Assembly: GCF_006345805.1 (NCBI RefSeq)
Contig: NC_043001.1
Location: forward strand, 52,514,001-52,578,000
Length of the DNA stretch: 64,000 bases
Origin: Octopus sinensis
Lineage: Eukaryota
Direction of reading: 5' to 3'
The notes under the pieces were generated by a model. The model had not been told where the DNA came from and did no database searches. It worked only from the letters and a program-made list of their open reading frames with translations. Position numbers and translations under genes: made by a program. Of the stretch, positions 51,476 to 64,000 are shown piece by piece (the stretch's first letter is position 1; each line of letters opens with the position of its first letter).

Positions 51476-52460
51476 AATAATAATAAGAGTAAATAATTCC
51501 TATAATGGTTTTTAAGAAAAAACAACTATTATTTACTGGTAGAATTCGGTATGTAAATATAACCGATTAACGGTCGGAACTTCTGTAAAGTTCAGTATAT
51601 ATATTGTATATAAATAAAAGGGGCAGGCAACAGGTTGCTTGGCCGCATACCGAAAATTTAGAAATAGCAGTCAAGACTGTTCATTTCTATTTTCTACAAG
51701 TGGGACTCTACACACGACATATCCCTGTAATTCACATATGCCAAACAGAAGGAATAAATAACGAAAACAAAGTCTGGCGGTTATTTGCGAACATCATGTT
51801 TCTGGATTATAAATATATTGAATATATATTGAATATATATTTTTAATATATATTTCATATACATTACATATCTATTTCACATCCGTCATCGGCGCAACTC
51901 TCCATTGAAATATATATATCAAATGCTACGTACCTCGAACCTTCTGATCATGCAACATCAAAAGAGTTGAAGAAAGCGAGCAAGGGCTAAACCTAAATAG
52001 ACAGTTGAATTCGTAAATCTTCCCTCCAAAATTTTGCCATGCGCATTACAAAAATAGTTCCTTAGAGGTAGGAACTATGGGTTGTCGTAAGGGAGTGAAA
52101 ATTCCAATTAGTAATATAATAATAAGAGTAAATAATTCCTATAATGGTTTTTAAAAAACAACAATTATTTACTGGTAGAATTCGGTATGTAAATATAACC
52201 TATCAACGGTAGGAACTTCTGTAAAGTTCAGTATATATATTGTATATAAATAAAAGGGGCAGGCAACAGGTTGCTTTGCCGCATACCGAAAAATTAGAAA
52301 TAGCAGTCAAGTCACTCCTTCTGTTTTGCATATGTGAATTACAGGGATATGTCGTGTGTGGAGTCCCACTTGTAGAAAATAGAAATAAACAGTCTTGACT
52401 GCTATTTCTAATTTTTCGGTATGCGACCAAGCAACCAGTTGCCTGTCCCTTTTGTATATA
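51476..52460. repeat. Partial tandem (~638-bp period) plus terminal fold-back
   Basis: 51476-51675 matches 52115-52311; 52316-52460 is the reverse complement of 51605-51752. Confidence 0.9.
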
Positions 52461-52769
52461 TATATATATACGTGTGCTTTGTTCTGCCTCAGGATGTGCA
52501 TATAAATATTTATGGATTCCATTGACGCCAAACTTCCTCAATGGAATTCTAAGCTCAAAAACCCATTTACATGTCTTTCTATGAATAATGTGATATTATG
52601 CATATGTTCTAAGCATATAAATAGTGTAATTAGGATATCCTTCATAAGTCCATGCAAAAGTATGTCTGTAACGTATAACGTACATATGAAGCATGATGTG
52701 CATATACCCGATATCCAAAAACATGCAGGTTGGCGGTGTAGCACAGTGGGAGGTTGGGGTGATGCTTGA

Positions 52770-53110
52770 GATTTTGGAGAATGAGTTGCTTCTTTTGCAT
52801 GCATGGGAGAATATTTCCTCCCTAATATCCAAAACGTTTATTGTTCATGTTATAATATTTACTTTTTCCGTAATACAGATGTTGCATTTGCTGCCCCAAC
52901 CTGCATACCTGCTGGTTTTATCTATACTGCTCCAGATTATACGGGGTTTCTTCACGCACCTCTCTTCAAGTGTCTATACCATACTGGTTAAACTTTTGTG
53001 TGCCTTTTGTGACTGTGTCTGAACGAAGGCAAATGCTGGATATCTCTCTCCTTGAAGGTTTTTCCTGTCATACCAAAGACAGCGTTTCTTGAAGTCGGTG
53101 ATGTTAGACT
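52770..53110 (-). pseudogene. Decayed Naiad-like GIY-YIG C-terminus
   Basis: GMTGKTFKERY, then IIWSSIDKTSRY..KCNICITEKVNII..LDIREEIFS, parallel to the 6498-7051 protein. Confidence 0.6.
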
Positions 53111-53789
53111 TGTACCCTAGTCCTGTTTCCACGCACCAACCTTTATAGAGACAATTATTCTGGGTTCTTATTTACAGGATAAATAAGCATTTTTAGTTTT
53201 ATCTATTTTTATAAAAGCGTTCCTTAAAACGTTCAATATATATTTGTAATTTATTATTTAGCAAGCTATTCAACATTTTAAACTAATGTTAAGATATCTT
53301 TTAATTGACATTTATCTCTAATATATGTAGAATGTTTCTATGATCAGAAACCGTAACAGACCTTCAAACGGGTAGAATTACCATTATTATTTTAGAAACG
53401 TTTTAAAAACAGAGAACTGAATTATTTAGATTAAACTTAGATTTATCGAATATTTTTTTATCTTGCATTTCTAAGAGTTATTTAAAAGAAAATATGAATA
53501 GTAAGTTTTTAATTTGAACTGCCTTAAGGAGACCGAAAGAATAACACAGTATCAAGAATCAAAGTTGACAGCCAGTTACGAGAACGTAGATATGTGACAT
53601 GTGAAAAGGTGAATGAAGAACAAGAGATTCTATTTACAAGTCGAGTTTTCAATTGGGATTTACGTAAATCAATTTTTTTTTAACTGTGCCAAAGTGTTCG
53701 AGAGGTCTAACTTAGTAATGCAATTCTCATAAATAGATAAGTAGCGAGGCGGGAGTGTTATGGATGGAAGAAGAAGGATATCCTTTTCT

Positions 53790-54000
53790 TTTCTACTCTA
53801 GGCACAAGGTCCGAATTTTTTGAGACGGGAGCCAGTGGATTGGATAGACCCCAGTACGCATACAACTGGTACTAAATTTATCGACCCCGAAAGAATGAAA
53901 GGCCAAGTCGACCTCCGCATAATTTGAACTCAGAACGTAAAGGTAGACGAAATAACGCTAATTATTTCGCCCGGCGTGCTACCGTTTCAACATCTTGCCG
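53790..54000 (-). mobile_element. SINE family B
   Basis: TTTATCGACCCCGAAAGAATGAAAGGCCAAGTCGACCTC..TTTGAACTCAGAACGTAA. Confidence 0.8.
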
Positions 54001-55439
54001 CTTTAAAGCAATTAGATTACGAGTTGAGGATCGTTAAGGTGAACTTTGTTTCAGACAAGTCACAAATATTTATGTGCTTTTGCGTTTCATTTTGCCACAT
54101 AGCACAACGCAGCATAAAATGTGAGCATAAAAACAGAGTTTTCATAATCTATAGAAAACATTAAAAAGATAGACGAACCCATTCCCACACACACATGAAT
54201 ACACTCAAAGCTTCTATTTACATGGGTGTACGTTCATCCACATCTCCGTATATACATAGGAGATGGTTGAATATATCCAACCAGTATGTGATCATGTGCC
54301 GCATAGCATGTATGCCTGAAATGCCCGTTCATAGGTGCTAATGTTCTTTACATCGTTGTTTATAGAATTTTAATGCATATAAATAATCACCGTGTGTTGG
54401 CTAAAGAAATCTATTTTTGAGTATATAAGCCCTTTCGACGAAAAGAAGTGGGTATTAGTATGCATGGTAATCTCTTCTATTCACGATAAATATTCTAATC
54501 GATTACAATAGCCTATCCACCCACTTCTTTCCGTTAGATTTAAGGGATATAATTTCCTAACGTTGCTTTTAATCAAACAAGCACGTGCGTTTTCTGCGTT
54601 AAATGGAGAAGCAATGACGAATGAAAATTCCGTAAATAATAGTAATAATTATTATTATGAACCTAATGCTCATTAGCTATCACCGTGTATTGACCGAAGA
54701 AAATAGTCTATTATTGGGACATGTAAGTCCACGGTGGAAAAAAAAAGTGCGTGTTAGTACGCATGGGCATCGAACCCACATCTCCTATATTCGTTGGATA
54801 TATATAATATAGTTAATGAAGAGTACAAAATATAAAGACCTGTGTAAGATTAACAGTCATAGGTTAGAAGAGGTTATATCAAAATCGATTAGTGATTTTT
54901 TAATTGAGTTAATTTTTAATATAGAGCTAAACTAGAGGAGTCAGAAAACTGGTGGAATAACAAGTTTGTTACTGAAACATATTGGAAGGATGGAAGGCTT
55001 CATAGCAAGTAAATTAGTTGAGTAAAACAAAAATTAAGTAGTATATTAGAGAGTTATAGGATAAGTACACTATAAAGCGTCAGGGAATTCGGTTATTATC
55101 AGTAAAAAAATATTACGAAATTGTGTCAGGGGAGTGTCATTTTCTTTTTGTGCCTTATAATATAACACATTCACCGGTAAAACTATTGAAAAGGTTGCAA
55201 GACGCAACGAAAATTTTGGGAAAATAAAAATAAGAAAAAAGTGGATATTTTACCGGTGAGTGTGTGATATTATAAGGCACAAAAAGAAAATGACTCTCCC
55301 CAAACACAATAGAATATGCTTCAACACACGAACTCACATAAATAATCTTGCAAACCAAATCCCAAAACGAAATATTACGTAATGTTATTAACTTACTAGT
55401 TAGGAACAGGTAGTGATATTGACTTGAAAGGTTATAGTG

Positions 55440-55650
55440 GTTTCAAATGTTGGCACAAGGTCAGCATTCTTTGGAGAGGGGCAAGTCAATAGCACTGACT
55501 ACGGTGCTCAATTGGTAATTATTTTATCAACCATGAAAGGAAGAAAGGCAAAGTTGACCGCGATGGAATTTGATCCCAGAACGTAAAGACGGACGAAATG
55601 CTGCAAAGCATTTTGGCTGGTGAGCTAACGATTTTGCCGGGCTCTCCACC
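55440..55650 (-). mobile_element. SINE family B, diverged
   Basis: GAAAGGAAGAAAGGCAAAGTTGACC..GGACGAAATGC..CTAACGATTTTGCC. Confidence 0.7.
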
Positions 55651-56949
55651 GTCATCAAAAGTAATATCACATATACTATAGTATCAGATAATACTACCGA
55701 GGTAATATACGTATGTAACCAATCTATCTTATAAGATGAACTACAAAGATAGAAAACGAACAAAATTAGAATGTAATAATTAATGCTTACTTTACAAGAA
55801 ATATTGAAAAAAGTACCCGTAAAGTGAACAAAAAAATGCAACCGGACTTTTCAATCTATTATATAGTGCAATTGGAAAATTCTGTTTTTTATTAATGTTT
55901 GCATTCATATAAAATTCTGCCCCCCCCCACACTCTCTCTCTTAATCTGTATCTCTCTCTCCTTCTCTGTTTATCTATCTATCTATACATTTCGTATTGCG
56001 CTAAAAATTGTTATGTGCAACGAGAACTTAACTCGAGTTAAATATAATAAACTACTGCAAATCGTTGAAGGAATGTTCGCCTAAGTGGATTAAAGATCGG
56101 CTAGATTGTACTGGTATCGAGTCGTGTTAGTTGTAATAATGAAGTCAGAACAAATCAGGAAGGCTTGTGGTAAAAGAGAATTTTGGCTGATCACTGCTCA
56201 TGCCTCCCTACGATAAAGAATCGTTATTTACACCGTGTACAGCTAGATATGGAACGAATATTTGCGCATTCCTTTTTGAATCAGAATACCGTGCGTCATG
56301 AATCGAGTGTGTTGAACACACTGCTCTCGTAAAAAAGTTATTCTCCTATGACTAGAGCGACCAGCATGCATTATGTCCAGTCTGGTCTAACCGTGTTAAG
56401 AATAAATATTCAAAAATACGTAACAGATCCTGTAACAAAATAATTACTTTATCAGTTTAGCTCAGCTTGTAACGCAGTTTTAGACGGCAGTTATAGATAT
56501 GAAACTGACAATACATTAAGAATATGTAAGATTGTTTCCTTCAGATGCCAATTATGTCTGTATACTTCAGTAAAATAGCTGAAGATTTTAATTCACAGTG
56601 AAAGGAAGGTATATCCTGATAAATATCTTAGTACTAAAATTAATGTTCAATTAGAGCAAAAAAGACTTTGATCGAAACAGTTGCCCAGGGATATTTAAGC
56701 ACACGGTACTAATAACTGCAGCTGGCAATTATCGTTATTATTTATTATGATTCAGAGATTTACAAAAAGAAGATGATGAACATCATAAATATTTGAAAAA
56801 TACAAATGTTTACATCAGAATTGTTATTGTCATTAGATTATTTTGGCGTTTATATTTCGTTGGAAACTGGTAGAAAATTTAATTAAGAAGAGTTGTTTTG
56901 TCCTGTTAGTTTTCACTATAAAAATAAATAAAAACCAAAAACACAATGT

Positions 56950-58350
56950 TTTATCTTATAAACCACAACAGAAAATATGTGCAGTACGGCTGAAGTACGT
57001 AGCATCAAACAAGCACACAGACGTCTAAGAGCTAATGAAACTGGGGGTTGATTTAGTATAGTACTGTGGTATATGCTGCTTACAGTTCTTTATGGATTAC
57101 TGTTAAGAACCATACATTAAACATCACTATCAAACGCCAAACGTATTCAGCTTAACTCAGGAAGACCTGAATTAAGTATAGATTGCAAATACCAGAAACA
57201 ATTATTCGGATAGCAATAGTATAGAAGTATAAGAACGGTTGCGTTGGTTCAATACCAATTGTAAGTTCAATGACTTTGATATCGTTGACATATATCATTC
57301 GATCACTGAACTAATAGTTCTCAAAAGTTTAGCCTTGGAAAATATGATCATTCAGATACGGAATTTATCTTTATTATAATTATGTTTTCGAAGAAATCAA
57401 TGTTAGTTTCATGCAATTCTGTGGAGGTAAAATATAGACGTCGAACTATTTGGTAGAAGTGTGAAGGCAATGGATGAAGCACAACAGTGCAAGTTTATAG
57501 AAATTTAGTAATTGTATTATATCCTATTTATTCATGCAACGTTTCCTTTTATCAATATAACTTTTCCTGCGTTTGCTCTTTGTTACACCACGAGTTGGAT
57601 ATACCTTTGAACACTATTTTTTGTGCATAACAATTTATATAAATCATAATTCAGCATGATGTGTCACACACTCTATCCTGACGAGCATGATGTAGATAAA
57701 AATTAACATTTGCTGAGAGAGAAATCATATTTTACTGAGTGCGACGAAGGAGTACTTGACGCAATACTATATCCAACATAATGTGTTGACAACAATATTC
57801 GAGTATATTTTGGATAGCTGTAGACTTCGAATTAGCAATTCAAGCTCAAAAAAAAAAAACATGAATATGAAAATGGACCATAAAATTTTGCTAGAAAGCA
57901 ATTTGCTACAAATATCATCGGCTTGGTGAAACATTAAATAACTTCCTTATGGGTCTATGCATTAAACATTTTCACTGCCAATTGTAGCAGCAGAACAGTA
58001 TCTCGTAGAACTGGTAAAGGGTGCCTTCATATACAGATTGTGCTCAATATACTTACTCCAGGAATCAGAATCTAGAACGGCTAACTTCAAAGCTTTTAAA
58101 CTAATTGCTGTAGTTTCTGAGAGGTTTTTGTTTATTCTTCAGCGGGCTTATCATAATAAAGCTGCCGGGTCTACAGAGAACGTTGATAATCTTCATTAAC
58201 GAAGTGTCCTGAGAAGGCAAGCGACTGTCCCTTGTGTGAGAAAAAGAATTACTGGGGATGAGTTTTCCCGAGAAAGAACAAGACCAATATTATGATCACG
58301 ATTATATCTCCGACAGACACAGGTACAAAGAGTTCGGTAAAATATACAAC
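56950..58350 (+). pseudogene. Possible very old Naiad-like PLE remnant
   Basis: Only short motifs are recognisable, e.g. WFN..FNDFDIVDIYHSITE (resembling FDIVEFYPSI). Confidence 0.35.
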
Positions 58351-59022
58351 ATATTTATTTTATTTCACTAGCCAATTTCTCATTTAACAATTCCATTAAA
58401 GACCAGAGAACCTTTGATCTTTGCTTCAGTAACAAGCTATATACAAATATTTACCTTTGTTAAAGTAACTTTGTAAAGATGTGATTCTCGGAACTGATTT
58501 TCAGAAATAACATTCGTCTTTCAAAATAGAATATTATGGAGGAAATAGACTTGGATTCGGGATTTGAAACCCAGAGAATAATTCTTTGTCATCAAAAAAT
58601 CTTTGTCATTAAAAAATCTAATAAAGTGTGTAAAACCCCAAGCTAGCAATTTAAAGCCCACAAATGAACAGTTCATATCGTAATACAGAAGCGGTTACTT
58701 TGGAAGGTATAATAGTAAGCACATCTCCCCGTTGTTCGCAGATAATTACTATAAGATTTGAATTACTCGAAGCGGTTATTTATCTACATCAAATATTTAT
58801 AATGAATTTGAGGCATAGAGCATCAGCATTGAGAATATGTGTCGATGTCCGGACTTGCATGTATTTGACTCCAATACATATTTCCTTTTTAAGACTATTA
58901 CTTACCCTGTCACTCTCTTTTTGCCGAACTGCTATGTTATAGTGATATAAGCAAAACAACAGCGGTTGTCAAGCGTTAATGGGTGATAAACAGAAACACA
59001 ACTGCAAACACACATTCACCAC

Positions 59023-59124
<102 letters not shown>

Positions 59125-59220
59125 GTATGTATGTATGTATGACGAGTCAGCTATACTGCTAAGTTCATTATAGGCAAGAAACCAATGACTGCTCTCTGAC
59201 TGGCAATAACAAACAACCTC

Positions 59221-59272
<52 letters not shown>

Positions 59273-59489
59273 GTAAAGTTTTGAAGAAGAGTTCATAAAA
59301 TATTTTTCCTTTGTTATATTTCCAAGAGCGGATGAAGATTTTGTTTACGTAAACCATTGTTTTAACAAACATCAGAATATATGCATGCATGTCGAAGGCT
59401 TGTTTCACTTTATTTTTTAACGTATTTCCAAACATATAGCTAAGATCACCCAACGCACACAATGTAGGAAAAATTCTAGTCTGACTGTG

Positions 59490-59625
59490 GGAAATAGCTG
59501 GCTTCGCAGACACACGGTTCTCGCTTCAGTCTCTCTTCGTGGCACCTTGCACGATCTACTATGGCCCCGGGACGGCTGAAGCCTTGCAAGTGAATTTAAT
59601 AGGGGGAGACTGAAAGGATCTAGTC

Positions 59626-59627
<2 letters not shown>
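59490..59627 (+). mobile_element. SINE family A head, diverged
   Basis: CACGGTTCTCGCTTCAGTC..GTGGCACCTTG..GCCTTGCAAGTGAATTT..ACTGAAAG. Confidence 0.6.
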
Positions 59628-59688
<61 letters not shown>

Positions 59689-60506
59689 TATATATATATA
59701 TATATATATGGGTGTGTGTGATTGTGTATAGAAGAATATATTAATAAAAGGAATTCCAACCTTGTCTGATTTTCACGTTTTATTTACAACCTTATAATGA
59801 TATATTATAATTGAATAAAATAAAATGAAATAGTAGAATGTTAAATGTTCATTCTGATTGAACTAGTACTTTCATGCATTGAATTCTGCAATCTTCGGGT
59901 TCATGTAGTAGTGTTGACAGTCATGCTTCACAATTTTTGACTGTAGCAAGATGATTGATTCTGTGCTATAAATACAGCTGGGTAGGCTCCAGAGTGCTAG
60001 GTTTTGCAAACTGTATTCTGACCAATCAGTGTGTAGTATCACTCAATTACTTAAGCTGATTGGTTGGTTGAGCTGATTGGTTTAGGCATCACGCTTTGTT
60101 GGACATGTCAAGAGTCCTGTATCTTGACCCTGGCCGAAGCAGCAATTGTTGGGTTATTTTTAGAAATGTTGTAAATATCCTTTGTCAGAGATTTTTATAT
60201 TTTTATATTTCAATTGTCATCATCATCATTGTCAGCACCTTAATTATTGTTGCTAGTGGTGATGGTGGTGGCAATAGAACTTTTAACCCTAAATAAGATA
60301 ATTTTCCTGCTATCTTCATCTTGATCACCTTTAGTATTGTTGTTGTTGTTAGTGGTCATGGTCGTAGCAGTGACAACGGCCTCGAACACACAAATGCAAA
60401 CAAGCGAGACAGAGAAAGGCAGAATGCCACTTATATTTCAACACTATACAAATATTCCTTTAAAAAAACTTTTCTTTTAATTTTTCTAAATTTAATTATT
60501 TAATCG

Positions 60507-60549
60507 TTACAGTTGAAAAGGTCTCAAATGACCGAAACCGGTACTGAAA
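60507..60549 (+). ncRNA. Hammerhead motif with U3-A8 core variant (family E)
   Basis: TTACAG-TTGAAAA-GGTC(TCAAAT)GACC-GAAA-CCGG-TA-CTGAAA. Confidence 0.6.
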
Positions 60550-60606
60550 TGTTCTTTATAAAATTATTTTAGCATTTTCTATTTTGACTTGTTTTTTCAT
60601 ATATAA

Positions 60607-60675
<69 letters not shown>

Positions 60676-62289
60676 GCATGTGTATATACATGTAGATGTA
60701 GGTACGTACATATATGTATGTATGTATGCATATATTTTATTTATTAAATTATTATATATATATATATATTATATATATATATATATATATATCACCGTCA
60801 CCGACCAGGCTATCAGATGTTGCTACACATGTCTGATCACAATGCGCTTCGCATTGTTTTAGCCTTCGAATGACGCCACCCCGCTGGCTAAGCGAACAGG
60901 CCAATATATATAATTATATAGCGATGATATTATTATAATAGCATCACGAGTGCTTGAGGTTTGGCAAAGTTTGTAGCTAGTCCAAGATTGCAATCACGAA
61001 ATCCCCAATGAAAGGCATACAGTGCTCTTGAGATGGAGTCGATGTCGATGAGTGACAGAACCAAGAGTGGGAAGAGAATATTGTTCGGTTTGTATTTGTA
61101 AGCTTTTACACGTACCTTTTTACGAGTAGGTTTCTCTCCTTTTTGCCTCATAGCTGTACCATTATAATGGATGTCTCTTAATTAAATGTGTTTGTGAATG
61201 TAGTAGTACGTATGTACCTGTGTGCATGTATATGCATGTGTGTGTGTGCGTGCATATATGTACACACACGCATACATTTCAAACGCAAAAACACAAACAC
61301 GTATTTCAAAAGAAATATTGAAAAACCATTATTTTAATAAATCTGAAGGCGAACGAACCTATTTTTTGAAGCACAAAGACAGAAAGATAACCGAATACGA
61401 AATAAAAATGTCTGTTGCAAATTCTAAAGAAAACGAAGGGAAAAGAATTTCAAATGTGCAATGTAGATTTTATGTTAAAGACATTCATTTGCGTTTAAGT
61501 GATATATAATCCATATCCCTGCTACTTACGCAAAATTTAGATTTCTAAAGATGCATGAAAGATTCTGTAGAAATGAAGTAAGGAAATTAATATGGAATTT
61601 GATAGAAAACAAATTATAACCATAAAATTAAGAGATATTAAAACAAAATCATTCTGAAATATACAATATGGTAAATATAACTGTCGGAAAAAAAACTGAA
61701 TTACACAGTACATAGACTCTATATAACAATACCTTATGGAATTTAAACTTCTGCAATTCTTCATAATATGATATCATTGTGCCATGGAGTTAATATGTAA
61801 ATTATTTACACTAACGGCAGAAAAAACTTGCGTTAGTGGGAATGTTTCTTTTTACTTTCTATTTGCAAATCGCTGTGGCTTGTTTAATAGTAAACGTTCT
61901 TCAATGGATGGGGTTTCTTTCTGTAGCCAAACATGCTCTTAATTCTTGGTGATGTTTGTCCTTATCTTATAATAATTTTGAAGCGTTCTGATCGGGTAAC
62001 GCTGTAAACGTTCCTACTTTCTAAACTTTTGTACAAATAATCAAGTTTTGTAAAAGAAATTCTATAATTTATTGAATACGATAAACTAATAAATATTACA
62101 AGTCACTTAATGAAAGCAAAAGTGTCCAATTTGAAACCGATGACACACACACACCCCAATCACACATACGAATACATATACTCATATATAGATATACATA
62201 TACATATACTCATATATAGATATACATATACATACATACACACACACAAACACAAACACATACATGTGTATATATATGTGTGTCTCTGT

Positions 62290-62696
62290 GTGTGTATTCT
62301 TTATTCTTTTATTGTTTTTCAGTTATTTGACATGGGCCATGCTGGAGCACCTTTTATTCGCCCCCTGGATTTATTATTTCTAAACCTGGTACCTAATCTA
62401 TCGCTCTCTCCTGCCGAACCGCTAAGTTACGAGGACGTAAACACCAATATCAGTTGTCAAGTGATGGAGGTGGAGGCAAGCAGCCACAAAGACCCACACA
62501 TAAATATATACATACATATATATAAATTAAGAGTAAACCACTTTTATCCGTCCCATACATGACACTCGATTGTGAAATTGCCACGCAATAAACAGCACTT
62601 GGGTATTAATAATTGGGTACACTACCACTGTATATTGAATAGGTACTATTCCTTAGTTGGCTGGCTTCCCAACCTCTAACTCTCACAGAAATATAC

Positions 62697-62760
<64 letters not shown>

Positions 62761-62921
62761 GACAAGCTTCTTTCAGTTTCCGTCAACCAAATCCACTCAC
62801 AAGGCTTTGGTCGGGCCAAGATTATAGTTGACGACACGTGCCCAAGATGCCACGAAGTGGACTGGACCCGGCACCATGCGATTGGAAAGCAAGCTTTTTA
62901 CCACACAGCCATACCTGCGCC
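62290..62921 (-). mobile_element. SINE family A, interrupted
   Basis: Head CCACACAGCCATACCTGCGCC ends at 62921; the 3' part CCATGCTGGAGCACC is at about 62338. Confidence 0.75.
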
Positions 62922-62925
62922 TATA

Positions 62926-62972
<47 letters not shown>

Positions 62973-62978
62973 TATATG

Positions 62979-63024
<46 letters not shown>

Positions 63025-63173
63025 GTGAAATAGAAAGATGAATAATCTTGTAGTAGATTAATCAAAAGTTTAACCGATACCTTAGTAGCAAAAATCACAG
63101 CAGTAAACAGCACGGTTGGAGGTACAACCATCTGGCGTTGCAACCGTGCGTTGGTGCGGATAATTGAAGTTAA

Positions 63174-63541
63174 AACATTATTGGTGAATTGAAAAAATGG
63201 AGCTGAACGCAGATTGAACAGAAATCGTTTTATTTCATTCTACACGTGTTTCGAAAGGCACAAATTACCAAAATCCGATTGAATAATGGGACCATATTGT
63301 GTCTTTCTCTTCAGGAAGAAAAAAGGAAATCCGTTGGAAAAACAAAAACAGAACAGAACTGTTCTGTTTTTGTTTTTCCAACGGATTTCCTTTTTTCTTC
63401 CTGAAGAGAAAGACACAATATGGTCCCATTATTCAATCGGATTTTGGTAATTTGTGCCTTTCGAAACACGTGTAGAATGAAATAAAACGATTTCTGTTCA
63501 ATCTGCGTTCAGCTCCATTTCTTCAATTCACCAATAATGTT
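63174..63541. repeat. Near-perfect 368-bp palindrome (183-bp arms, 2-nt loop)
   Basis: 63174-63356 is the reverse complement of 63359-63541, with one mismatch seen. Confidence 0.95.
63393..63482 (+). ncRNA. Type I hammerhead ribozyme with a 55-nt stem II (mirror copy on the minus strand at 63233-63322)
   Basis: TTTTCTTC-CTGAAGA-GAAAGACACAA..TTGTGCCTTTC-GAAA-CACGTG-TA-GAATGAAA; palindrome ACACGTGT, GUA site after 63474. Confidence 0.78.
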
Positions 63542-63609
63542 ATATATATATATATAGATAGATAGATAGATATAGATATGTGTGCGTTTGTGTGTATGTA
63601 TATAGTATA

Positions 63610-63800
63610 TATATAGTTGACATTTATAGAAAAACAAAAGATGAATAAAGGTGTATGGACAACAAGTAAGTGCATTAGTTTGACGCTCGGGAAAAATGAA
63701 CAGGTCTTTTACGTTTCAAACCTACGCTCTTCAACCGAAAGGAAGGAATGAGAGAAAATAAACAGAGAGAGGATGAAAAAATCTTGTAGTGTTCAGTACG
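63610..63800 (-). mobile_element. pLTR-like repeat family D with a decayed HHR
   Basis: 63705-63742 reverse complement: CCTTT-CGGTTGA-A-GAGC(GTAG)GTTT-GAAA-CG-TA-AAAGA. Confidence 0.6.
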
Positions 63801-64000
63801 TGCATACCTTGTACAAATAAGACTCCTGAAAGAGATTGTAAAATAGTATGTAGAAACGAAGATTGTATCACTTGAAACGGTTTTTTAATGTCTGAAGCAG
63901 CAACAGCCAAACATTATGCATTGTAGTATAGAAATTGATTATGTCATATACCTAGGGACTTAAAAGATATAGCCAGATAACATCATATTGGTGTGTAGTT

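Noticed and set aside
52625-52660. CTTATGA-A-GGA(TA)TCC on the minus strand as an HHR of the adjacent GIY-YIG remnant
   Set aside because: The core is mutated and GAAA is absent; too degenerate to call.
57672-57700. CTGACGAG motif
   Set aside because: No downstream stem II or GAAA.

Overview
Very AT-rich, microsatellite-dense eukaryotic DNA. The SINE families and (TA)n/(CA)n load suggest an octopus or other cephalopod genome (inference). I recognised no host protein-coding gene, rRNA, true tRNA gene or CRISPR array, and most ORFs in the track are microsatellite artefacts. The window is a transposon landscape: Penelope-like elements (PLEs; one near-intact Neptune-type RT+GIY-YIG body at 26752-28980 and several decayed Neptune- and Naiad-like copies), two R4/Dong-like LINE 3' ends inside (AAT)n arrays, Helitrons, a full-length decayed Tc1, mariner and hAT/Buster fragments, and three tRNA-derived SINE families. 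The main signal is non-coding. About 20 type I hammerhead-ribozyme (HHR) or HHR-like motifs from several unrelated short repeat families occur here, mostly next to (TA)n tracts and often in fold-back inverted duplications. They include (i) a TSD-flanked, ORF-less 600-bp insertion built from a 360-nt HHR-containing monomer (retrozyme-like, 4545-5144), (ii) HHRs with a 54-60-nt stem II and 6-nt palindromic stem III, and (iii) core variants in which the tertiary 3-8 pair appears as C-G, U-A or G-C/U. All folds were assigned by eye, and none has been tested for cleavage.
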